DNA of 64,000 nt, taken from contig NW_027104280.1 of NCBI RefSeq assembly GCF_902728285.1, positions 419,995 to 483,994 on the forward strand. Reading direction: 5' to 3'. Source of the DNA: Clytia hemisphaerica. Its lineage: Eukaryota. A program made the translations under genes and the position numbers. Of the stretch, positions 1 through 10,400 are shown one piece after another. The notes beneath the pieces were generated by a model. That model searched no databases. It was not told the DNA's origin and saw only the letters and a list, made by a program, of their open reading frames with translations. How positions within the stretch are numbered: the first letter of the stretch is position 1; every line of letters starts with the position of its first letter.

Positions 1-150
1 TCAACCGCGAAATTAAATTCCGTGAAACTTTTGAAATCGACTCATTCGCGAAATTAAATTCCGCGAAATTTGCCATTTTTAAAACTCTGATTCGCGAAAT
101 TAAATTCCGCGAAAATTTCTTCTCGCGAAAATTTCTTCCCTTAAGGTAAA
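1..150. repeat. Partial terminal repeat of a MITE-like element (cgcgaaattaaattccgcgaaa motifs); same family as the complete MITE at 17339-17700
   Basis: Tandem 'ttcgcgaaattaaattccgcgaaa' units ending in '...cgcgaaaatttcttcccttaaggtaaatg', which resembles the 17660-17700 TIR '...ccgcgaaaatttatcccattaaagtag'. Confidence 0.5.
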
Positions 151-239
151 TGAAACATAGTAGAACCAAACAGCATAAGAAATGCTATGAGCCAGAAACA
201 TAACGAGCAGGAACCAAAAATTGACAGGTAACAACGTAC

Positions 240-600
240 TTAGGAGTTTTTCCAACGGTTTAACAAATGATATCGTGATACAAAATTGTTTACATTAAAT
301 GGATTTACCAGTGATCTAGAAGCTGTAACAGCGTCGTGTAAAGGATGGAAGATGATAGGACGTAACGTGGTAATAGTATCAGTAACGAGGCAATATTGAT
401 GAGCAGGAAGCAGGTATTAACAGGAAATAGCGTACATTCAGGACTTTTTCCAACGACATGATAAGGGATCTCATGGACAAAATTGTTTACAATAAAAAGA
501 TATGCCAGTTATCTTGCAGTTGTAACAGCAATATCGTGTAGAAGGATGGAAAATCATGACGTAACGTGGTAATAGTAGCAGTAACGAGGTAATATTGCGT
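240..600. repeat. Tandem duplication, about 190-bp unit x2 (ttccaacg...gtttacat...gtaacagc...ggatggaa...acgtaacgtggtaatagta.cagtaacgagg)
   Basis: Two adjacent copies with shared blocks 'tttttccaacg', 'caaaattgtttaca', 'gtaacagc', 'acgtaacgtggtaatagta', 'cagtaacgagg'. Confidence 0.6.
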
Positions 601-1149
601 TGTCAATGTAAACAAATCCTCATTCATAAAAAGCTTAAAGGGAAAAATAAGAAACATGAAATTAGATGTAATATGGTGAGTGTACTGAAATTTCCTCAAA
701 AATAGTTCACAAAAGTTTCTTTCAATCTTTGATAATAATTTCCCAAATAGTGCCTGGTAAGTATCAACAAGAACACAGGTTAATAAACATAAAGATTAAT
801 AAAACCAAGTCTTATAAAAGTAGACAAGAAAAAAAAATATTTGTACTTACTGTCGAAGTACCATTTACCATTTATAGTTACAGTTTGGTTGCCAATTCAA
901 CCACCAACAATAATCACTTTTATCCATATTCAATCATTGTTCTACTATTATCATTGTAATCATTGTTCATTATTGGGGATAAACTGTTTTGTTTAATCCC
1001 AAAGTCAAAAGTAAATCATAAATGCGTTTTGACTGCATGAGGAGAGAGCTTGAATTTAAGAAAACTTCCAGAAACTTCTCCATTCCATTTCCTGCATGTT
1101 GACCAATCGGGCAAAATTCTACAAGCGGAATAGAATCTACTCTCGAAAG

Positions 1150-1300
1150 CTGAGTAAAATGCCCGCGGCGCCTGCTATAAAAAAGAAGTTTTTAGGCTAG
1201 CAACTGCCGTCCCGGAAAAAAAACCGAACATTTACGGAAGAGACTAACTACGGGGATGCTTGCGCGACAAAACAAAAAAACAACAAAATTTCGAGATTCC
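1150..1300 (+). promoter_or_regulatory. CpG-containing block with a TATA-like box (ctataaaaaag at about 1176); candidate promoter, possibly the displaced 5' end of RACGAP1
   Basis: Locally GC/CpG-rich (cccgcggcgcctgc, gccgtcccgg, cgctgcgctcctgcggggg) in an AT-rich context; 'tataaaaaa' motif; no conserved coding sequence found downstream, so function is inferred. Confidence 0.2.
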
Positions 1301-1362
1301 AGTCCAATATCTATGCGTGAAACTATGAGTGCCTCCTCGTCGCTGCGCTCCTGCGGGGGCAA

Positions 1363-1532
1363 TTATAAAGAAAAATGGGGCAAAATCAGAATCTTTTTTA
1401 TAAATTATAAGGAGAAAAGATTCTGATTTTACCCCATTTTTTGACCAGACGGTACTAATCAATAAATTTGATTATCATCGATCATTATCGATTACTTTGA
1501 TCACAATCGAATGTTCGATTGGTCCCGTCTGG
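1363..1532. repeat. Two adjacent perfect or near-perfect hairpins (27-bp stem 'aaaaatggggcaaaatcagaatctttt', then 'accagacggtac...gtcccgtctggt')
   Basis: Inverted repeats seen directly: 1365-1391 vs 1407-1433, and 1442-1453 vs 1519-1532. Confidence 0.6.
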
Positions 1533-1856
1533 TTTTGAGGTATGAGGGAAAATGAAATTTGAAATTTTTGAAGGACCCTCTCTGGGCGCTCCGGAAACAT
1601 CCGGAGCAAAAAGTGCTGTTTTTTTCATGCTCCGGAACACTGCAAAGTTCCGTAGCACTTCCGGTGTTCCGGAGGTAGATTTTCAGTGATTGGTCTGCAC
1701 CGGCACCCGTGTTCCAAAAGACAAAACAATGGTTATGCGTCAATCCGTTCAGCTGACCAAAATGACACAAAAATGAAAAAATGACCTGTCAAGACATTCT
1801 AATATCTTTTTGTTTGGTAAAGCAACCAATTTCAAATAAAAAGTATCTTGACAAGG

Positions 1857-2758
1857 AATAAAATAAGCTTTTCATAGAGTCCCCTGCCCAGTTGGCGACC
1901 GGTCCAGTTGGCGACCGGTCCAGTTGGCGACCGAACGTCTTTGAACCCAGAAAAGTCATACAAAAACAAACCTCTGGAGAATTTCTTTTGGTAGTAATCT
2001 GCCTTGACCTATTTCCCGTACTGTGTAAAAAAAGTTCTAGAAAAGAACGAGTAGAATCCGAAAGATCCAACTTTGCGCGGAAGCACATGAAAAACCCGGA
2101 TTTTTTGAAAAAAATAAAAAATGGCTACCTGTGGACAAAAAAGCTTCGTAAGAAAAAACGCTTCAACTCCCACTCCAAAAAATACTTGTCCAAAACGATG
2201 CATATGTTAGAAAGCATTTCTGTAAAAATCAGCTCGATACAGTTTTCTTCGTTTGAAATATTGATAAAAAAGTTGATGCAATCAGCTTCGAAATTTGACG
2301 TCCAGTCTGCGACCGACCAAACTCAAAAAATGAAGACTCTCCATAGACCGCCACTTTCAAAACAAAACAAAAACAAACTTTAGAAAAAAATGGCAACTTG
2401 AAGAAAAATTCTGAAAAAACATGCCGAAGGGAAATGTAATACCGGAAAGCTTATGAGTATTTTTATCATCCTGATCAATTAATATGACCTTACCTGCAAG
2501 TAGAGCACTGATTTTTTCTTTCTCGCGATCGGTCGCAGACTGGTACGTCGGTCGGGAACTGGGCACTAGTACCGCTCGCTTCGAAAGTTTTTAATTCTAA
2601 GAAGATCGCCTCAAATAAAAAATCAAAACAAACACGAAGAGCATGTTAAAAGTTGTCGAACTGTTGGTCGAAAAGGATTTTCAAAAAAGTAAAAAGTAAG
2701 TGAAAAATTTGAATCAAAAAATTTCGGTCGCCAACTGGGCAGGGTACTCTATAGCCAA
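1857..2758. mobile_element. MITE with 26-bp TIR 'tagagtcccctgcccagttggcgacc' and internal 3x 'ccagttggcgaccggt'
   Basis: 1857-1885 equals the reverse complement of 2725-2758 (ctatagagtaccctgcccagttggcgaccga). A related terminal copy lies at 28300-28335; no long ORF with homology. Confidence 0.65.
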
Positions 2759-3187
2759 ACAGAATTACCATAGCTTTTACCAAAAAAGATATAAAGATTC
2801 AATTTCAGCCATTTTCAGCCAAATCCAACTTTTGTTCTTCCTGGGGCTTCGTGGAAACTTATCCTGTCCATGTGTAAACATTCCTGTATGTTTGTTATGT
2901 ACTTGGTTGACTACCCGTTGTCAAACCAGGATAAGACGGGGGTACTGCAATAAAAAGTTATGAAAGAAAAACTATAATTTCGACCTCAAAAGGTGACTTT
3001 CTTTGCCAATAATTTTTGATAGAATTGTTCCCCTAATTTCCCCTTTTCAGTACACAGTTGGTCTTCTTCTATCTTATATGCTTCAGAAAAACAAAAACAT
3101 TGCCCTAAAAGCTTAGCCTCAAGAAGCCCCAGCTAATGATATAGCCCCCTGGTTATATCTTTGTATTCTTATCCTATAAATATAACC

Positions 3188-4305
3188 AGGCTTCGGCATA
3201 TTAGGCGTGCGATCGCACACGCACGCCTCCGCACACGCCTAAAAGCCTTTTAGGCGTGCAATTTATCACACGCCATAAATCATGAAAACCTAGCGAGGCG
3301 TGCGATCAATCGCACGTGCAAAAATTTATTCTAGAAATATTTTTTCAGAAGATCAAATATCATTTTCTACTTTAATCATAAGAACCAAATAGATGAAAGA
3401 TAAACTTTCCTTTACTCTTTCAAACTGCTATATGTATACAAAATTTCTTATTAAAAAGTTACTCTAATGGATACACATCATCTCTCTTAGTCTACACAAT
3501 AGACAGATCCAGGCTTTTAGGCCTTACTCTTGGTCTATAGGCACTGCTATAGGCGGCCACTAGTGACCCCCACCGGGAATTGCTTATTAATAGGTTTAAA
3601 CATAATAGACAACATTCACAAAAGATGTTTATCAATAGAGATTTTAAATAAAAGAGTGTTTAAAACACAGCTGATTGGCTTAGGTTTCGAAACTCTCTAT
3701 TATTTCATTAAAACCTCAGTGCGCATGCGATTTATCTGGAGAATTTCAATATTCAAAACAAGAGCAGTGCTCATAGCCCGAAGAGTAGGAGTTTTACGCT
3801 CGAAACGAAGGAAGATATGACGTAGCCTACTTCTCTCTCCTCTTTCTCTCATACTATGCTTTGGTCTTCAATAAACAAGCCTTTCTCAAAAATAACTTTT
3901 GCTGCACGATTTTTCGTCTCTCTAAAACCTTTTTAAAAAAATCACTTTTGATGTATGATTTTTCCTCTCTCAAATCTTTTTCCTTCCCTCTCGCATGCTA
4001 TGTTTATGAGGTCGTTGGTTTATGACAATAAACTAGCTCTTCTTAAAAGTTACTTTTGCTGCATGATTCTTCTTCTCATTTGTTTTCCTAAAGTAAAGTA
4101 TTCTCCTTCGTGATTATTCAGTGCTCTTTTGGTTTCTGTTTTTGTTTTTCAAATATGAAGATTGAATATACACTTTCTTCTTTCCTGTTGTCTAGTTTTT
4201 ATGTAGATGAAAGAAAGATCATTCTTAGGAATTGCCTAAATTACTAAAAATTACTATGTAGGCGTGCGATGATCACACGCCTTTTTTTTTCTTATGCCGA
4301 AGCCT
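3188..4305. mobile_element. Non-autonomous TIR element (TIR 'caggcttcggcata..aggcgtgcgatc.cacacgc')
   Basis: 3190-3225 pairs with the reverse complement of 4262-4310 'ccgttatacaggcttcggcataag...aggcgtgtgatcatcgcacgcc'. Confidence 0.55.
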
Positions 4306-4544
4306 GTATAACGGAACAGCCATTCTATGGAAATTGCTGTCACATGACTTTTTCTACCGCGTGATACAAATCGCGTATTTTCATCGGATGTTGAAAATTT
4401 ATTTGTTACGTCACAAGAAGTTCCGACTTCACATTTTCAAAAAATAAAATGGCAAAAGGACGTTTTTTATGTTTATGATTATTGAAAGAATTCAGTTGAT
4501 TTTAAGGTTTTGATTATTTCTTTTTCTTTTGCCATGTTTACCAG

Positions 4545-6315
4545 GGCTGCAAATAAAATATTTTTAGTCAACCGGACATCATGTCCGACAGAAATGAAAT
4601 CCTGTCGGTCAAACTCAAAAACCTGTCGGTCATTCAGTGTATATAATTTTTTTTAAATACGGAGAAAGCGAGTAGGAAAAATAAAAGTTACCTTTGAACA
4701 GTTTGTTAGGCAAAAACTTTTTTATTTATTGGTTTACGGGCCCGCCGATGTTATTTTTGCTTAAATCGAATAAAAATAAAATAGAGATTTCAAAAACCTT
4801 TATTTATTTTTTCTCCTCCGACATGCAAAAAAGAGGAAAGAAATAAAAAAACTTTACTTTAAACAGAAAAGAAGAGAATGAGAGAGAGGGTTTAGATATC
4901 GTAATGATATAACACAGCTGTGAAGATACTTTTGATCCTTCCCCCAATGCCAGGGAACTTCCCCATTATTTTAATGGAATTTCCCCAATGGATTTACTTC
5001 CCATTTCTTTTTCTTTTTTCATTTCTTTCTTTTTTTATAATCTCTTTTATTTAAAATCCTTTCTCTGATTTTACTGTTGAAATTTGAGAGTAGGTATAAA
5101 AAGATGAAAGATGAAAGGCTAATTAAATTGTTTAACTGAAAACCATTGTTAAAATGAAAGTAGAGAACAAATAATAAACCATTTCTGCTATTCTTTTTTA
5201 AAAGTCTCTTTCTTTTTCCTATAAAATTGCTATTATAACGATTGTTCTTTGTACTGTTTTGAACAGATCAGATTTTTTTTTCAAGAGAAATTTTTTTCTG
5301 CACGTGTGAGAGTTGTTGCAGAGAAACTTGTTTATTTTGAGCTCTGACTGCTCACTTGGCAGCTTGAGGAAATTTCATAAAATTTTATTTTTTAATTTCC
5401 TCCGATTTTAGATTCTAAAAAAGAAAATAAAAAAAAATCAAAAGGTCAATTTTTTTCCATCCTTCTCTCCTAAATTTTACCTCAAAAAGCCCGTAAACCA
5501 GAAAATAAAAAAGTAGTTGCCTTACTGTATATAACAGAAATTGATTCGATAAAAGTGATCTTAGAAACACCTTTTGACATTACGATGAAAGCAAGTTGAT
5601 AAAAGTTAACTTAGAAACACTCTTGAAAGTTATGAAGTAAGCAAGTTTATGAAAATGGTCTTAAAAAAACTCTTGAAAGTTACAAAGAAAGCAAATAATT
5701 AAGTGATCTTAGAAACAAAGAAGGTTACGAAGAAAGCAAGTTGACAAAAGTAATTTAGAAACACCCTTAAAAGAGTTATAAAGAAAGCGGGTTGATAAAA
5801 GTGATCTTAGAAACAAAGAAAGTAACGAAGAAAGCGAGTTGATAAAAGTTAACTTAGAAACACTCTTGAAAGTTATGAAGTAAGCAAGTTTATGAAAATG
5901 GTCTTAAAAAAACTCTTGAAAGTTACAAAGAAAGCAAATTGATAATTAAGTGATCTTAGAAACAAAGAAGGTTACGAAGAAAGCAAGTTGACAAAAGTAA
6001 TTTAGAAACACCCTTAAAAGAGTTATAAAGAAAGCGGGTTGATAAAAGTGATCTTAGAAACAAAGAAAGTAACGAAGAAAGCAAGTTGATAAAAGTTAAC
6101 TTAGAAACACCCTGAAAGCTACAAAGGAAGCGAGTATTAAAAGAATAGGCTGAGTAAGAGACAGGGGTGTAAGAGATTTATTTTCAACTCTCAAGTTAAT
6201 GGTTTATTCCTTTTTTCATTCGGACATCACGACCAACACAAAAGATTTTCAGTCGGTCAAATAGCTTTTTCAGTCGGACATTGACCGATGACCGACGCTT
6301 ATTTGCAGCCCTGGT
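4545..6315. mobile_element. Non-autonomous TIR element (TIR 'ccagggctgcaaataa...gtcggtca...gtccgaca') carrying an internal tandem array
   Basis: 4547-4562 'ccagggctgcaaataa' equals the reverse complement of 6296-6312. Subterminal 'tgtccgac/gtcggtcaaa' motifs at both ends. Confidence 0.6.
5520..6120. repeat. Tandem repeat with about 45-bp units (gataaaagtgatcttagaaaca...gaaagcaagtt) organised in an about 243-bp higher-order repeat
   Basis: 5591-5700 is nearly identical to 5834-5943; the ORF track has no meaningful ORF here. Confidence 0.7.
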
Positions 6316-7397
6316 GTACTAAAAGATTCTGCAATGTTTGGGGAACTTAAATATCCAAAAGTTTTTCTATTTTTCATGGAAAAATGAGCTACTGTATAAA
6401 GGCAATTTCTTTGCTTAAGGTTTGTTTTTTCTTTGTGAATTTCTTTAAAGATTTAATATTTTATCAATTATCTTGGGATTTTCAGGGTTTATTCTAGAAC
6501 TATTTGGGAGTAAAGAGCTTTTTACAAATCTTAAAAAGGTTTACTAATCATTAGATATAGTCAAAAGTTTAGACATTGGTAAAACTTATTTCTCCGATCG
6601 AACATTGTATTGACACAGCATTTCCTTATTAGACATGCGTGCCGGAACTCCGTAACGTTCCGGAGAAGATATCCGTGGTAATGATTACGATAGCACTCGC
6701 TCTGCTAATCATGTGAAAACTAACTGCACACACGTGTATTTAAAAAATCAGCCGACTCATGGAAGTGAAACCTTGTGTTTTTTAATTTTTTCAATATTTC
6801 TACCAGTGATGCTTCCGAATATAATGTCACAAATTCAATTTCATTAATGGCTGAACCATCATATCAATATTTTGAATATTTTTTGTAACCATGTTTAAAC
6901 GGTTTTTTAGAATGTGTTAAAATCACTTGCTCCGGAAGAGCTCCAGAACTTTCCAGAGAGAAAAATAGTGTTTTTTAGCTGCTTCGGAAAACTCCGGAAG
7001 TTTCCGGAGCGCTGGGAGGGTCCTAAATTTGATGGGGAGAAATAATAGTAAAAGTAAAAATCCGTGTTCCTTTAATTGAAACAAAGAAAAGAAAGAAATA
7101 GAAAACAAATCAAACAGGATTCTAATCTCCTTTTTTTGAAGTTTTTTTACACTTTTTAAGAAGTGATTTTTAACTTTAAAATAATGATCATAACTTTTGA
7201 ACCAATTATTCAAATGTAAAAGTATTACATCAAAACTTAAGTTGGGTTATCCCCAATTTTGAGTAAATTAAGATCAACCTTACAGGTCGTTTTGATAGCT
7301 TTAAAAAATGTCACCAAACATCCAAAGTTTTTTTGGACTGCCCTGCATTTGAAACATCTGTTTAAAAATTGTTTTCGTTATCCTCCCATTCTCAGAG

Positions 7398-7496
7398 TTT
7401 GTGAAGTTTGTGAAACATCAAGAAGACAGTAGGAAGAAATGGCAACATGTGGAGGAGGAAAATCACGAAATGAAAAAATATATGGCAAAATATAAG
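7398..7496 (+). CDS. RACGAP1: RACGAP1 exon (FVKFVKHQEDSRKKWQHVEEENHEMKKYMAKYK)
   Basis: Acceptor ctcagag| and donor aag|gtatga; matches human [19 protein letters not shown]. Confidence 0.7.
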
Positions 7497-10400
7497 GTAT
7501 GATTTTAGCAAATTTATCGTTTAAAAAAATTTAAAAGTTTTTATTTTTGCACACCTCAAAGTTGCACAACATATATCTTTGTTATTTCAGAGATTGCCCA
7601 GTAGAAAATTTATACCACAACAAGGGTATACGTTTTTTAAAGTGTGAAAATACAACTATGAACTTGTTTGAGGAAGAAATGATTTTTGACTTTAAATTTT
7701 AATTATTTCAAATTTATTTTTCAGGCATCAAAGGACACTCTTGATATCCAACTAAATATGGCAAGGTAATATCACACGTTGACTTGAACTTGTGTTTCAT
7801 TTGAATTAATGGGTCCTTGTAGCCTGCTTATAAACTTAAAATAAGATAATTGGCTGCCTGAAATCACAAAACATTCTAAAATTCATTTTTAATCAAACAC
7901 ATCCCAACTTTTATTCAAATTTTTGTTATTTAGACATCAACTCGATGCAGAGATTAAGAAGAGACTGAAAGCTGAACAATCTGTAGACCACATGGTAAAT
8001 AGCATAAATTTCTATCGAAGCCTTGTTTATTCAGGAATTTTTGTCTGGTTACTACTTTGAAAGTTTGATATTAACTAGCTTTTTGGACCTATACCCCGGT
8101 AGGGTGGAGGTCCTATAAATTAACCTGTGTTCGTCCTTTCGTTCGTTTGTTACCAACTTTTCTCAGGATTGGCTCATTAGTTTTTTCTGATTTTTGGCAC
8201 AAAGATGCAAAATGGCAATGCCCAAAATGTGATGGAGCCCAATTTTCGAAAAAAAACCCAAAACATGGCCGAGTTTATGCCGGAAATCGCCATTCTTTTC
8301 CTTATAATTGGTTGTTTTTTCATTCAAAAACATTATTAATAGCAATGCCCACCATCAAGTATGTTTCAATTTTCAATAAAATTGTTTTTTGATGCTGGAA
8401 CTATTTAAAAATTGCCAGAACAGCTGAGATTTCTTGATTTTCTCGAGTTGTTCTTCGTATTATTCTGCATTTTCATACTATTGTTGTATTATTAATCTTC
8501 AGGTAGGTCCATTCAGCATGCATGTAGCTTTTTACTCTGAAATTTGTTATAGAAGGTGTAATTTTTTTAGTAAGCCTCAACTCTGAACTCAAAGTTTATA
8601 CAATCATGTTTTTTTTGTTAGGCTCGCCAACTTCAATTAATCAAAGAATTACTCTTGGACAAAGACGGAAGTGGAGATACAAAATTGGTCTTCGATAAAT
8701 TGCAACAGCAAATCAACGATACGGTTGGACAGCGAGTTGACAACGAACAACAAGCAGACCTGATTAACCAAAGGTGATAATATTTTTTTAGCTACTCTCT
8801 GGAAAGGTGCTTTTTGGTGATTTGCTTTAAAAAGGGAGCTTTTTCAGATTGTTAAGAATGTTAGATAGTTGGTCCTTTAAATGAGGATTCTTTTTTAAAA
8901 TGACATAAACTGAGCATGAAAGTATAAACAAAATTTTCCTTTCATTTCAGTTACACACTTGACGAATCATCATTTGATTTACCGGCATCTGAATACGACA
9001 ATACAGAAGATGATATTTTGGTATGCCAACAACAACGTTGTTATCATCGTTAAAAGTTGACCAGACAGTGTAGAGAGTTTTATTGTATAGAAAATGAGTT
9101 TATTTTTAATGAAATAATTTTATTTATGGAAGTCAAGATTTTATTTTTTGTATATAATCTAGTTCGTTTGTAAAGGTTTCAAACAATTAAACATGCAGCT
9201 ATAGCAGTTTCTATTTTAACAGAAAATTTTGAGGATTTAGGGGATAGGGGATTTAACTCTCTGAGATGAACTTACAAGCTTCTGCTCCCCAGCTTAGTTT
9301 GATTGTTTGTAGCCAGATAGTGGTATTCAGAATGTAAATTTGTATTGTCAGGTTTGAATAAAGTCATATTATAAACTGACTAGCTGCATGTTTTTTGTTT
9401 GAATTGATTCAGATTTAGATAAGAGTCAATCTCTAGGATCCAGTTTAACTTGTATTTTGTTTCTTAAAAGTGTAAAGTAAGATTTTTAGAAATGATTTCT
9501 ACTGCTGAGGATCCTAAATTCTTCATGATATTGTATATTCAATCGATTTTCAGGACCTGACAGGTGGCTCTGTACTTGGAAATGGTCGTCGTAGATCCAA
9601 TAAAAGGGTATGCAAAAGTATTTTCAATTTTTCTGCCTATGATTATGATACCTATGATATTCAATTTCAACTAAAATAAGACCGAATTTTTTTGCTTGTT
9701 ACAACTAACCAATCAAATAATCTTTCCATTATTCTAGGGTCTTCCAACAGCACCACCTTTGAATGAAGTTGATTCGACAGAAAGTGAAGTAAGACTTCAG
9801 GTTTTATTGTTTGGTTAATCACCCAATGAATTTGTGAAGGCTTCAATTAATTTTGCCCTTTTTCAGTTTATCCACAACAATTAGTTTTGAGGCTATTTCA
9901 ACTTACCAATCAACAATTTTGAGCTTCATATTTAATTCACTTGCTAATATTTTCTTTTTATAGTTGAGCACATATCAAGTAAAGAAAACTCGTGTTTCTG
10001 AAGAGGTAAACTTAATTTCTCCCTGATTTTTATCCCTTTGTGTATTTATGTTTTTGAAGGTTATTTATTAAAAGCTTCATAAGATGGTGTTTATCTTTGA
10101 TTACTGATAATATAGTAAAAGCTTGTTTTTCATAGTGTTTTTAAATGTATTTCATTTTTAGAAACCTGCACGCAAGTTTAAAAAGAAAAGAACCAGATAT
10201 TATGTACCTGAAGAGAAAGTATATAGACAGGTTACTTATAAAATTGTTCGGTTGTTTCTTTGTAACAGATATTTATAAACAATAGTCAGTCTGAAGTTGT
10301 TTCTATCGTATGAAAGATTTAAACAGACTTGAATTTAATTAAGTTAGATTTTGTTCAAAGAGAATCTAGAACTTTTCTTTTTACAGAATTTTGTGTGAGA

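Larger units (their letters stand above)
1500..7030. mobile_element. Composite or nested DNA-transposon cluster bounded by inverted 'tccgga'-rich terminal repeats (1540-1700 vs 6640-7020) and containing at least three internal TIR elements
   Basis: 1560-1630 'ggaccctctctgggcgctccggaaacatccggagc' is the reverse complement of 6960-7020 '...gcttcggaaaactccggaagtttccggagcgctgggagggtcc'. Confidence 0.5.

Noticed and set aside
1892-2383. 163-aa ORF (MATGPVGDRSSWRPNVFEPRKV...)
   Set aside because: It lies inside the MITE at 1857-2758 and begins within the 3x 'ccagttggcgaccggt' repeat. It is lysine-rich and low-complexity with no conserved motifs.
7598-7630. Short possible exon between RACGAP1 exons 1 and 2 (RLPSRKFIPQQG)
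   Set aside because: It has no homology to RACGAP1, and the flanking exons already align contiguously with the human protein.
8147-8392. 81-aa ORF with a CPKCDG motif (also at 60051-60272 and 61244-61567)
   Set aside because: The same sequence recurs in every copy of the interspersed repeat family, so it is a repeat consensus, not a gene.
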